Made by a program: the position numbers and the translations under genes. This document shows, piece by piece, positions 11,666 to 64,000 of a stretch of DNA of 64,000 nt (its first letter is position 1; every line of letters starts with the position of its first letter). The stretch comes from the human T2T-CHM13v2.0 reference genome, Homo sapiens. Under the pieces are notes generated by a model. That model was not told where the DNA came from. It saw only the letters and a list, made by a program, of their open reading frames with translations, and searched no databases. The DNA lies in the NCBI RefSeq assembly GCF_009914755.1, contig NC_060932.1; one strand, written 5' to 3'.

Positions 11666-14600
11666 TAGGCAAGTCATATCAGACACCCCTTCTCTTCTCT
11701 GGGCTTCATCTCCCTGTCCCTGCAGTAAGGAGGTGGGAAGAAATCATCCCTCAGAGCCTCTAATATTTGTCTAACTCCGTGGCTTCTCAGCCCAAGTAAT
11801 CTGGTCTGCTAGCTGGGTTAACTTGTACGTTGCCTGGTGCTATCTCAGAGTTAACCCAGCCCAGCCCTGGGGACAGTCTGGTTTTCCTGCCAAAACAGGC
11901 TGCCTCTGGCACTTCACCAGCCCACTCCAGCAGGACAGGGATTAGGGGTGAGACAAGTGAAGAGCTCGCCTGTGGGGGAGAAGTATGGGTGAGCCACAAA
12001 TATTCTCAAGATGAATATGTCAATGCAGTATTTTTTAAAAATCAGAATCAATGCAAAAAATCCATGATGAACAAAATACCAAATTTTAAGTAAAGGATCA
12101 GTGTTGCCAGTTTCTTTCTTTGCCTTCAGCACTAACCTGGCTTCACAGAGCACCCTTTATTGATCCTGTCTGGACTTAAAATTGTGTCCTTCACAGCATC
12201 TCCGATAAACCTCACTAAAACCCTTGGGGGTCAGGATTACGTCTCCCTGCTTGCAGGCAGAGAAGTCAGGTGCCTTCTTCTGGGGACTAGTAATTGACTG
12301 GACACTGGTTCTGTCTGATCCCTTACCCCACACTGTTCTTTCCAGTGGTGTCCGTCTAAGGGTGTTCATAGCCCACTGGTGGACATGGATAGACACATTT
12401 TTCAGTGTAATCATCTTATTTTCATTTTATCATCTGATTTAAAAATACAGATGTTATGCCTCATGAAGAAGTCAAATATAAATTAAGGCAAAAATCAAGG
12501 TGCTGAATTTAAAAAATGGTCAACATGTTTCACGGGCATGGCAGCCATCTGCAGTCTGAGGGCACCTTCTTGCTGTTTGATCTTGGCCAAGTGGCTTTCC
12601 CTTTCTGAACCTTTAATTGTTTCAACTACAGAATTGTCTCTAAGCCACCCTACAGCTTCAGTATTCTTTAGCTTGGGACTTATTTCTCTGTTGTCTCTCT
12701 TAATTCCTTTCAGGGAACTGTGGCTACTTAGGGGTCCCAGCAGGCTGGTCCTGGGTATGGTCTGTCCCCGACCTGAGGTCTGGCTGCTCCTGGTTGTCAC
12801 CAGAACAGTGGCAGACTTGGTAATACAAGAGGCTCAGCCCCATCCAGGACCTGGGATGATGACAGCCCAGCCTGTGTCTTCCCATCCCTCGTCTCAATTC
12901 CAGTGGATAGAGGTTAGTACAAGTCCCCTTGGAGCTTGGCCGGGGCTGGGCCTCTGTCCTCCTCATCTCCTGGTGTGTTATCTTGCAAGCAGCAGCAATT
13001 CCGGATTGGCATTCCAGTGGCACCTGCTCTTGAACTCATTTCACCTGGAGCTCTGGGCAACCCCACCATCAAGAAGAAAGAGAGCACCCAGGCTCTTCTT
13101 CCATCTCTGCACTCCCCTGCTACTGGATCTGGGGAGCATCGACTTTGAGTCTTGAATGCTTCATCTTTCAAACGCAGAAGTATCAATTCCTGCCTCAGAT
13201 GCTGGCCACGAGGGCCACATGAAACAGCGTTCCTACAGTGTCTAGGCCAATGTCTGCCCTGTAGAAGATGATTCATCATTGTCACTTCTCTTTTCTCCCC
13301 ACCTCACTCCACCCCTGCTGCTACCCAACTGTGACCTAAAAGATTCTCTTTGACACAAGCCACGTGACCTGTTCCTTTACCATGTTTCTCTTAGTAACCA
13401 CCTGGTACCCCGCATGCTGTTCTCATTATCCTCCCGAAAAACGAAGCCCCATTCCTCAGCTTTAAACTATGAATCCCCAGAAGCTAGTGCAGTTTCCCTA
13501 GGCTGACCCCATTTAAGGGTGCGTCCTGAGCCCCTGCCGTGCCTGGAACATTCTCTGCTTGAAGACCTCTCGTGGCGGGGGCTCAGGTCCTTCATGGCTG
13601 TGCTCACTGTCTCTGGGCCTTTCTGACCAAGTGTTTTCATGAATGCCACCCTGAGAACCACCATCTCCTAACTTTACTCATCCACTCCTTTCTTGGACTC
13701 TCCCTTCAGGTGTCCACATTCAGCTGTGAGGCATCTGACGTTCGCTTTTCCAAGAGGAATAGTTTTTTGTGTGTCATGGGCTAAGTCCACCCAGCATTCT
13801 CCAATGTACCCCCGTGGGCTTAAATTCCTCCTTGTGGCCCTCAGAAACCCTTGTTGTGCTATGGCAGGCAGGGAGTTGAGTGGGGTTGTGTGTCCTGATT
13901 CCTTCTGTGGGATCAAATTCCTTAAATGTATCCCTTCTGAGAGAGGGTGCATTTTGCCTTCTGCAGGCCTGCTGCATGTCCTCAAAGGATCATCTCAACA
14001 GGTTCCCGTGAAAATCAGACAACTCCTATGCCCTGAAAACAAGATTCTGAAAAACAGAACCGAAGGGTCCCCAGGGTGGAGTCCCACAGAAGGAAGAGCT
14101 CCTCATTTCCTGAATAAGATGAGGAGAGGTCCCAAATGCGGTTCAGCCTCACCCTACATCCAGTTGTGTGGGGTGGTTGGGTGCGAGAGGCCAAGCCTCA
14201 GAGACTTCATATTTCATAGCAGGATTTGACTCCTTGCTGCTGTGAAGCCTGGGGGCGGCCCTTCTCCCCTGCCGCTAAGTCCTTCCCTGTGAAGATGGGG
14301 CGAAAAGCACCTGCTCCCCAGGACTGTGGTGAGAGAAAGTGTGTGAGGCCCCAGGCACTCAGTGGGCATGCTCACTGGCAGATGATAGTATCTTTATTTC
14401 TACTGTGGAGTCTTCTATAATACCTATAAATTTTATTTATAGCTCTAATCAAATTCAATTGCCAGATTCTGTTCCATGCATGTCTGTCTCTGTATGTGTT
14501 GCCCAGAAACACTCTTTGGGAGTTAATTATAGACCAGTCTCCTAGACTGCGAGCTCCTTGAGAATGGGCCTGTATCCTGTTCACTGTCGGATCCTCAGCA

Positions 14601-15018
14601 CCTGACCCGTGTTTGCTCAGAGTGAAGGACTGTCGTTTGCCCACTATGCCCCACCCACTCGGACCATGGAGAATAGCCCCGCTCTGAGTGGCAGGGAGCT
14701 CTGTCATCCCTGCCAACTTCTCTATTCTTCACTGACGACAGGGGGCATTCCAGAAGGGAACCAAAGTGAGACCAGGCCAAACAACCTCACAAATGTCTCC
14801 ATGGCAACAGCTTGTCCTGCCACACACAAAGGATCCTGGCTAACTATGCAGCCAAAGGTCAAGTTGTCAGTGTGAGGCCTCTTAGCCAAGCATGCCTCTC
14901 AGAACAAGGCTAACCTTCCTCATTCTCACTCCTTTTTTCCCAAACATCAGGATTGTAACTAGTGAAGACAATAACCAAGAACACCTTAGGAGGAATGCTT
15001 GTAGAAATGGGGAACTAG

Positions 15019-15650
15019 AACACTTTTACACTGTTGGTGGGAGTATAGATTAGTTCAACCATTGTGGAAGACAGTGTGGCAATTCCTCAAGGATCTAGAA
15101 GTAGAAATACCATTTGACCCAGCAATCCCATTACTGGGTATATACCCAAAGGATTATAAATCATGCTACTATAAAGACACATGCACACGTATGTTTATTG
15201 TGGCACTATTCACAATAGCAAAGACTTGGAACTGACCCAAATGTCCATCAATGATAGACTGGATTAGGAAAACGTGGCACATATACACCATGGAATACTA
15301 CACAGCCATAAAAAAGGATGAGTTCATGTCCTTTGTAGGGACATGGATGAAGCTGGAAACCATCATTCTGAGCAAACTATCGCAAGGACAGAAAACCAAA
15401 CACCACATGTTCTCACTCATAGGTGGGAACTGAACAATGAGAACACTTGGACACAGGGCAGGGAACATCACACACCAATGCCTGTCGTGGGGTTGGGGGA
15501 GGGGGGAGGGATGGCATTAAGAGAAATACCTAATGTGAATGACGAGTTAATGGGTGCAGCAAACCAACATGGCACATGTATACATACATAACAAACCTGC
15601 ACGTTGTGCACATGTACCCTAGAACTTAAAGAATAATAATAATAATAAAA
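15019..15650 (+). mobile_element. L1PA 3' fragment (ORF2 end plus 3' UTR) with 16-bp TSD
   Basis: ORF2 tail WIRKTWHIYTMEYY..MFSLIGGN, (AAT)n tail, TSD agaaatggggaactag (15003-15018) / agaaatggggaattag (15651-15666). Confidence 0.95.
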
Positions 15651-17489
15651 AGAAATGGGGAATTAGTTGGTCTGGAAATGTCTGTGTCTGGTATTACTTC
15701 ATTGTCTGTGCCTTTTCAGGCCTCAGTATCTGGAGAACAGATACATCACTTACCCCATGTTCCCTCTCTTCCGAAATGAACTTTCAAGCCAGCTTCGCAG
15801 ATAGCCCACTATCTTCAACCACATACACTACCCTCATAACCCTAGCTTCACAAAATAGCACCATCAAAGCAACCTGAAGACAAATGTTCAAAATTGGTAA
15901 GAAAAGAAAAGGAAGAGAAACAAAATTATGCCCCTAAAATAGCGTGTCCTCAACCACGTCAAAGATGCAACCAGAAATACACCCTCCCTCCTTTTAATGA
16001 TTTAATGAACAGCTTCTCCTTTGCCCTGGAGAACATTTCTGAAAAACACAGGTTAGTGTCAGCTCTCTTCACCTCACCAGGAGAGTCCAGGAGGGACATA
16101 GACAAAGGTGGCCCAGAGTGAGGCTGCTGTCTGCTGGCTTAGAGCATGCTTCTGTGTCCTGTGTCACAGTGTAGGGAGGTGGGGCATTCTCCAGGGAGTG
16201 GGAGACGGGAGATTTGTGCATGACTTTGGGCAAATTGCCTCACCCCTCTGACAGTTTCCTAATGAATGGAAGGGCAAAGATCTATGCCTGGCCCATCACA
16301 GTTGTGTTGCAAGGAACAAATGATAAAGCTTAAAGGAACATGCTTTGAAAAATAGGTAAGCACCCACTGGTTTAAAAAGAAGTGCTCCTCTCCTTGAATT
16401 AAAGTAAACAAATGAGCAAAGTTGACTCAAGTGTTCTTAAAGGGTGGCAAAGAGACTCTTGTAAAGGATGGTTTAGTTTGCCCTACTTTTAAAAAATTTA
16501 ATCCTCACCCAAATCCTGTGAATTAATGTTGTCAATTTTAGTTAATGGAGGAGGAAACTGAGGTTACTTGGTTATTCCTTTGATGTCTCCAGTTTTGAGC
16601 AACTGGAGTGCACTGGGCGGCAAAGGGATGGGCTGCAACACTAAAGCCAAGCAGCTGGGCAGTTCTTAGGGATCAGAGAGAGGCTAATCAACAAATGAAC
16701 GGGGGTCACCCAGCACTGCAGCCTGGCTGCACTCAAGCTGGGGAAGTTCTTCCAAGTCCTAGACCACAGAAGCCAGGGCTGCCGGTCACCAACCTGCCCC
16801 CAACAAGAAAGCATGCAGGTGCCCTGCGCAGAAGGCAAAGTGGTCCCTGAGCCAAGGCCAATATGGCAGAATTCTACTCATTCCCCTTCCTCCAGCTGGA
16901 AGAGGAGTGAGCTTGTATGACCAACCCTATATGGGAGAAACCCCATGTGGGCCCAGGTATCCCAAAACACACCTCGGAGGTCTTTGGGAAACCCCTGGTC
17001 TCATCCATTATTTATTGAATATCTGCTGTGTATTTATTGAACATCTACTGAACCAGGTGCTGAGTTTCTCCAAAACACAGAATCAACTCTTTCTGTACCT
17101 ACCCTATGGCATTCTAAGAAAGAAGGGGTTTGCAGAGATGGACCCTCAGGTTGTAGCAGTTGGCAGAAAGCAAGTAGGAAGGGCTGCCTAGAAAGTGCTG
17201 GTCACTCCAGGTTTGAGCCCAACTCCTTGGGCCACTTGAGTGAATTATCTGTTTCTTCCCAACCCAGGAAAGCATCTTTCCAAGCTCACAGTAGTGAGGA
17301 TGAAGCATCTCATCTTTGAAGATCTCAAAATCTGTGGGGACATCTGAGTCCTGTTCTGGGTTTACCTAAACACTGAGCCCCAAGGTTTGGGTTGAAATAT
17401 ATGGGACTCAGGAAAACTGAGCAGCAGGAGGCCTCAATGGTGCTTAGCCTGGGAGGGAGACAGCAAAGGAAGTGTGGGTAGGGCAGAGA

Positions 17490-17630
17490 TCTCTAAAATC
17501 TGCTGGGGAGACTTCAAACACTGATTATTCCATACCATCTCCCAGAGACCCTGATTCAGTGGTTCTGGAATAGTTCCCTAGAATCTATACTGTTATAAAT
17601 AAAGTTCCCCTATGAATTTTTACCATCAGG
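17490..17630. mobile_element. MER5A-like hAT-Charlie relic
   Basis: cccagagaccctgattcagtggttctggaatagttccctagaatctat...aagttcccc. Confidence 0.55.
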
Positions 17631-18159
17631 CATATCAAGGGACTCACCAGAGAAGTGGTATGAACTCTTGTATCCAAATACTGGGCTCCACACTTAGAAT
17701 TTTGGGAAAATCACTCTTTCTTTCTGAGCCTTGTTTTTCCCATTTGTGGGGGAAAAATAAGGATTTGGATTACACCAGATATTCCCAGGTGTGGGAATTA
17801 CGAACTGCTAATTACAAAATAATAATTATTGGGAACTATATAAGGGAGGTGAGCCAGATCTTTATTTTGTCAAGTAAGGATATAAAAAACAAAGAAGTAA
17901 ATATTACTCTACACACACACACACATACACACACACACCCCACATTCTCTTTCTCTCACTATTATTTCTCACAGTATGAGTCATTTTAAACCCTAAAAAT
18001 TAGAGAGATTCCAGTCTCAGAATGAAAAGCCATCCTTTCAATGCAACACATTTGGGTTGGTTTTCTGTCCAGCTCACATTGTTGACCTCTGGTCCCACCT
18101 GGCAGGTGAACACCTCACCCTGTACCAGTAATTGGGAACTTCAGGCCTGTGACTGCCAG

Positions 18160-19270
18160 GTTTCTGACAAAGAACTTTTACCTAAAATATACAGAAAACT
18201 CTTGAGACTCAAAAATTAAAATCAGACAACTTAATTTTTTAAAATGGGCAAAACATCTGAACATAAACTTCACCAAAGAAGATATTCAAGTGGAAAATAA
18301 GCATATGAAAATATGCTGGATATCATGTTATTAGGAGATTGCTAATGGAAGCAACAATGAGATACCACTACGCACCTATTAGAATGACCAAAATCCCAAA
18401 CACTAACAGCACATAATGCAGGTGAGATGGTGGAGCAACAGAAACTCACTGCTGGTAGGAATGGAAAAGGATGCAGCTATTTGGAAGACCAATTTGGCAG
18501 TTTCTTACAAAACTAAACATGTTCTTACCATGCGATCTAGCAATTGTGCTTCTTGGTATTTACCCAAAGGAGTTGAATAATCACATCCACACAAAACCCT
18601 GCACAGATATGTTTATAGCAGCTTTATTCATAACTGCCAAATCTTGGAAGCAACCAAGATGCCCTTCAGTAGGTAAATGGATAAATTCTGAAACTTCCAG
18701 GCAATGGGATATTATTCAGCACTAAAAAAAAGGGGGTTATTAAGCCAAGAAAAAGCCACAGAGGAATCTAAATGCAAAATACTAAGTGAAAGAAGCTAAA
18801 TTGAAAAGGCTGTATGATACCAACTAGATATTTTGGAAATGACAAAACTATGGAGACAATTTTAAAAAACCAGCAGTTTCCACAGGTTAGGAGAGAAGAG
18901 GAGTATGAAGAGGCAGACAACAGAGACTTTTTAGGGCAGTGAAACTCTTCTGTATGATCTTATAATGGTGGATAATGGCATATCAGTATCCATTAGTCCA
19001 AACCCATAAAGTGTGCAACAGCAAGAGTGAACCCTCATGTCAACTGTGGATGTTGGGTGATAGTGACGTGTCAATGTAGATTCATCAACTGTAACAAACG
19101 TACCGCTAGGGTGTGGGATTTGGAAGGTGGGTGGGTGGGGGAGGCTGTGTGTGTATGTGGGTGGTTGGGGGTGGGCAGGGAGCACATGGAAATCTGTACC
19201 TTCCTCTTAATTTTGCTGTGAATCTAAAACTGCTCTAAAACTTAGTCTATTTCATACAACAACAATAAAA
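18160..19270 (+). mobile_element. Old L1M (L1MC/L1MB-like) 3' fragment
   Basis: ORF2 remnant MFIAALFITAKSWKQPRCPSVGKWIN; 3' end gctgtgaatctaaaactgctctaaaa. Confidence 0.85.
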
Positions 19271-20247
19271 ATGAAATAGAATAGTAAATGTTCGATCAAG
19301 CACACTTGATCAGGTAGATATTTTATTTCAAAACCCTTGCTTTATATATGTATGCATGTACTGAGTCACTAAGAAATTACACCTCTTACTGTGGGTCATG
19401 GTCAGAAAATGTTAAAAGTCACTGGATGAGAGTATTTCTGAGGTCCCTGAGATAGTTTCTTCAAATGAAAAAGGGTATTAGAGTAATACCCCTGCATCTT
19501 CAATGGTTGTGAAAACCAACTGAGATGGTAAACGTGAGAAAGACTGAGAGGGAGGCTGTCTCATTCTGCACCAACAGGAATGGCTTCTTTTGGACCCCTG
19601 ACACCCATCCAGCCCCAGAATCAGCACCAGCTGACTGAACACAAGGAATGGGTATCAGATTTCATTTTTAAATCATTGCAATAATACTTCTTTACCCATG
19701 GAAACATCAAACTTCTTGAAATGTTTATGTTCCCAGTTTCTAAATCAATTAGAGGCATCCAGAACAGGGGATCACACAAAGGAAGTTCTTGATAAACATC
19801 TACTGCTTTAGTCTGTAAGTGGCTAACAGCTTGGGTGAATGGACAAATTAATGAATGGATGAATCAATGGATCGATCAGTCGGTCCACCAGTCAATCTGT
19901 CAGTCAAGAACAAATGCAGGAAGAGTATTGGTGACTCATTTGGCCTCTAGATGCAGTTTAACAGGAAAGGTTCTGCTAAAACCTTCCAACTTGCTTCACT
20001 CCCTCCCCACTGTGATCCTGCATAAATGTGCACATCTAAATGTCTGCTTCCATATGAAGGGAGGCTAATGAACGGCCCTGGACTAGCTCAGTCTGGCACA
20101 CACATTCACTCCCTCGTTCATTCACCAGGTGGGCTGAACATGTGGACTGTGTGCTACGGTTCTCACAAGAAAAAGATACATCCCAGTGCTTGAGGAGTTC
20201 ACATTCAGGTGGAAGTCGAATACAAGAAATCAATCATCAAGAGGAAC

Positions 20248-21265
20248 TCAAGAGAAGGAAACTTGGATTTATTGAGCACCTGTTCAGGCAGGGCATGTCG
20301 CATACACACATGCACTTGATGCCATTTATTTCAGAGACAGAGCCGCCTTGGAGATACAAATTTCCCAGCTCTGGTCAGTGCCCTGGCCAACTGCCCATCA
20401 TTAGGGAAACACAAGTGGATGGTCACCACATCCACTTGTTTTATAATTAATATAATTGAAACCAACAAGAGGAACTTGAAGGGGCCTTACACAGTTTAGA
20501 AGACAAATTAACACTCAAGGGCTGCCTCTTCAACATAGGTTTTCCCATCTTTGGCCAAGACATATGATCCCACAAAGCCATTGCCAACCCACAGACATTA
20601 TTTCACTTCTGTGAGCTTAGAGCACTGAGGTGGCTGGAGTGCACCCTGAGGGCTGATTCTGTGTTTTCCAAATGCACGTCCCGTCGGGAGGTGGGAACAT
20701 TCCTCATGGTTGCAAATTCTTTCTCTTTCTGCTTCTTTACTCTCTCTGGACAGTGGTGGTGTTTGTATTATTTCTCCTGGGTGATCTCCGGGCATGACTG
20801 AGAATGAAGCCCATTGGCTCATTTTCTTAAAGTTTTTCTTTTGAAGAAAGAGGTAAATTTGCCAAGTGTCTGGTCAGGGTTTTGTAGCACCAAGAGTTTC
20901 CTTAAAATGGGCAGTTACGCGTCAGATGGGGGCTGTCAGAAGAATGAAGAAACAATCTCCTGCCCCACGAATCAAGTTTTCCCAACTTTAAAGGAGTGGA
21001 AAAGAACTCACAAAGCATCAGCATATGAAATAATAATAATAATTAACAACAACAATAATATTAATAATAATCTGACCGACCGGCAGCGTCTGTTGGATTT
21101 AATAATTTTGAGGTCTCTCAAGAAAATAAAACAAAAAGCAAACGATAAAAGAAAGAAAAAAAAAAGGAACACATGGCTGAAGTCTTTCAAGACCTCTGGC
21201 TTCCCACTGGGCTCTGAGTTCAAGTTTCAGAAATCCACTGCAGTCTTCTGGCTTTCCAGAGTCCT
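20248..21265 (-). other. COL22A1: COL22A1 3' UTR (about 1 kb; end approximate)
   Basis: Sequence after the stop has no recognisable interspersed repeat and contains a U/A-rich tract near 21030-21070. AATAAA signals on the minus strand lie at 20325-20330 and 20268-20273. The end is inferred about 20 nt past the distal signal. Confidence 0.7.
20268..20273 (-). terminator. Polyadenylation signal AATAAA (distal; a second one at 20325-20330)
   Basis: tttatt on the + strand about 1 kb downstream of the stop codon. Confidence 0.7.
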
Positions 21266-62754
<41,489 letters not shown>

Positions 62755-62837
62755 CTAAAAAAGACAAGGCAGAAAGCTAGTTTCTTGTGCATCTAGACAG
62801 AGGTCATTAGCACCCTCTGCTTTGAATACAAAGCAAT

Positions 62838-63243
62838 TGATATGGTTGGTTATCTGTCCCCTCCAAATCTCATGTTGAAATGTGATTCCCAATATTGTAG
62901 GTGGGCCCTGGTGGGAGGTGACTGAATCATGGAGACAGATCTCTCACGAATGGTTTAGCACAATCCCCTTGGTGATAAGTGAGCCCCCACTCAGTTCATG
63001 CAAGATCTGGTTGTTTAGAAGTCTAGGACCTCCCCACCTTTACTCTCTTGCTTCTGCTCTTGCCATGTGACACACCTGGCCTTCCTCTATGATGGGAAGT
63101 TCCCTGCGGTCTCATCAGAAGTCAAGAAGATGCTGGTATCATGCTTGTACAGTCTACAGAACTGAGCCAATAAAACCTCTTTTCTTTATAAATTATTCAA
63201 CCTCAGGTATTTCTTTGTAGCAATGTAAAAACATCCTAATATA
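62838..63243 (+). mobile_element. MST (MaLR) solo LTR
   Basis: tgatatggttgg...ccaaatctcatgttgaaatgtgattcccaat...caggtatttctttgtagcaatg; TSD gcaat/gcaac. Confidence 0.88.
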
Positions 63244-63629
63244 GCAACACACAGATCTTACATTCTGTGCCCCTTCCTAGCTTCCTGAACCATAAATATT
63301 TCAAATGTGCTTCTGCCTCTTCATCAGGCTGAGCTATTCTCTGGGAATACATGATGTTCAGAGAATAGCATCCACATTTTAGGACGGGCCAATGCATTAG
63401 CCAGGCAGTCACCCCTTTGAAAACAGTAAATGAACTCACTTCAGGATGGGCATTTTCAGCTAATATCAGGCAACATTTCAGGACAAAAAGTAATAAATGG
63501 ACAACTCGATTTATCTTCCAGGAGATTAGGAAGGCAATTGCTGTGTCAACTCAAGGGTGAAGAGATGCACAGATGGATGAATGGAAGAAGACTTCTATGC
63601 AGCCGAGCAAGCAGCTCAAAGTGAGCTCC

Positions 63630-64000
63630 AGGCACACTTTTGCTGGGGACTCTTGCATATGCTGTTTCTTCCCCCTACATTCTAGTCCCTCACATATGCA
63701 CAGGCCTCATACCCTCCCATCCTACAGGTCTTAGCTCAGATATCAGCTTCTCAGTGAAAGGTTTTCTGCCTACCAGACCCAAAACTGAAAGACCTACCCT
63801 TCCTCATCCCTGCCCTGGGGAGGTCCCTTTTCTGTCTACCTTCCTCCATAGCACCTGCAAAAATCTGACATGCTAGTGTTTATTGATTTCTCATTTATTT
63901 AGTGTTCCTCATTGGAACACTAAATTTAGTTCCTCATTGGAACTAAAACAGTACCTGGGATATAGTAAATAATCAATATTCTTGAATAAATGAATGAATT
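63630..64000 (+). mobile_element. L2 3' end relic
   Basis: aacagtacctgggatatagtaaataatcaatattcttgaataaatgaatgaa L2 tail. Confidence 0.7.

Noticed and set aside
12538-13155. 205-aa plus-strand ORF
   Set aside because: It has no recognisable domain and begins in MIR-like sequence, so it is most likely a chance ORF.

Overview
Human/primate genomic DNA. The right two-thirds (about 20.2-62.8 kb, minus strand) hold the last 16 exons of the FACIT collagen gene COL22A1. These give 1272 coding nt (423 aa plus TAA) ending ...[24 protein letters not shown], and one intron is GC-AG. The gene continues beyond the right edge. Introns and flanks contain the usual Alu, L1, L2, MIR, MaLR/ERVL LTR and hAT relics. 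The most interesting signal lies downstream of COL22A1, at about 0.17-11.3 kb on the minus strand. It is a chain of decayed, exon-like segments whose translations align in order to the LRR, ZU5, ZU5 and UPA domains of PIDD1 (PIDD1 sequence recalled from memory, not searched). Several adjacent segments keep phase-compatible splice sites, and the chain carries stops and frameshifts. I interpret it as an unprocessed pseudogene of a lost PIDD1-like paralog that probably runs off the left edge. No database search was possible, so this needs tBLASTn and synteny confirmation.
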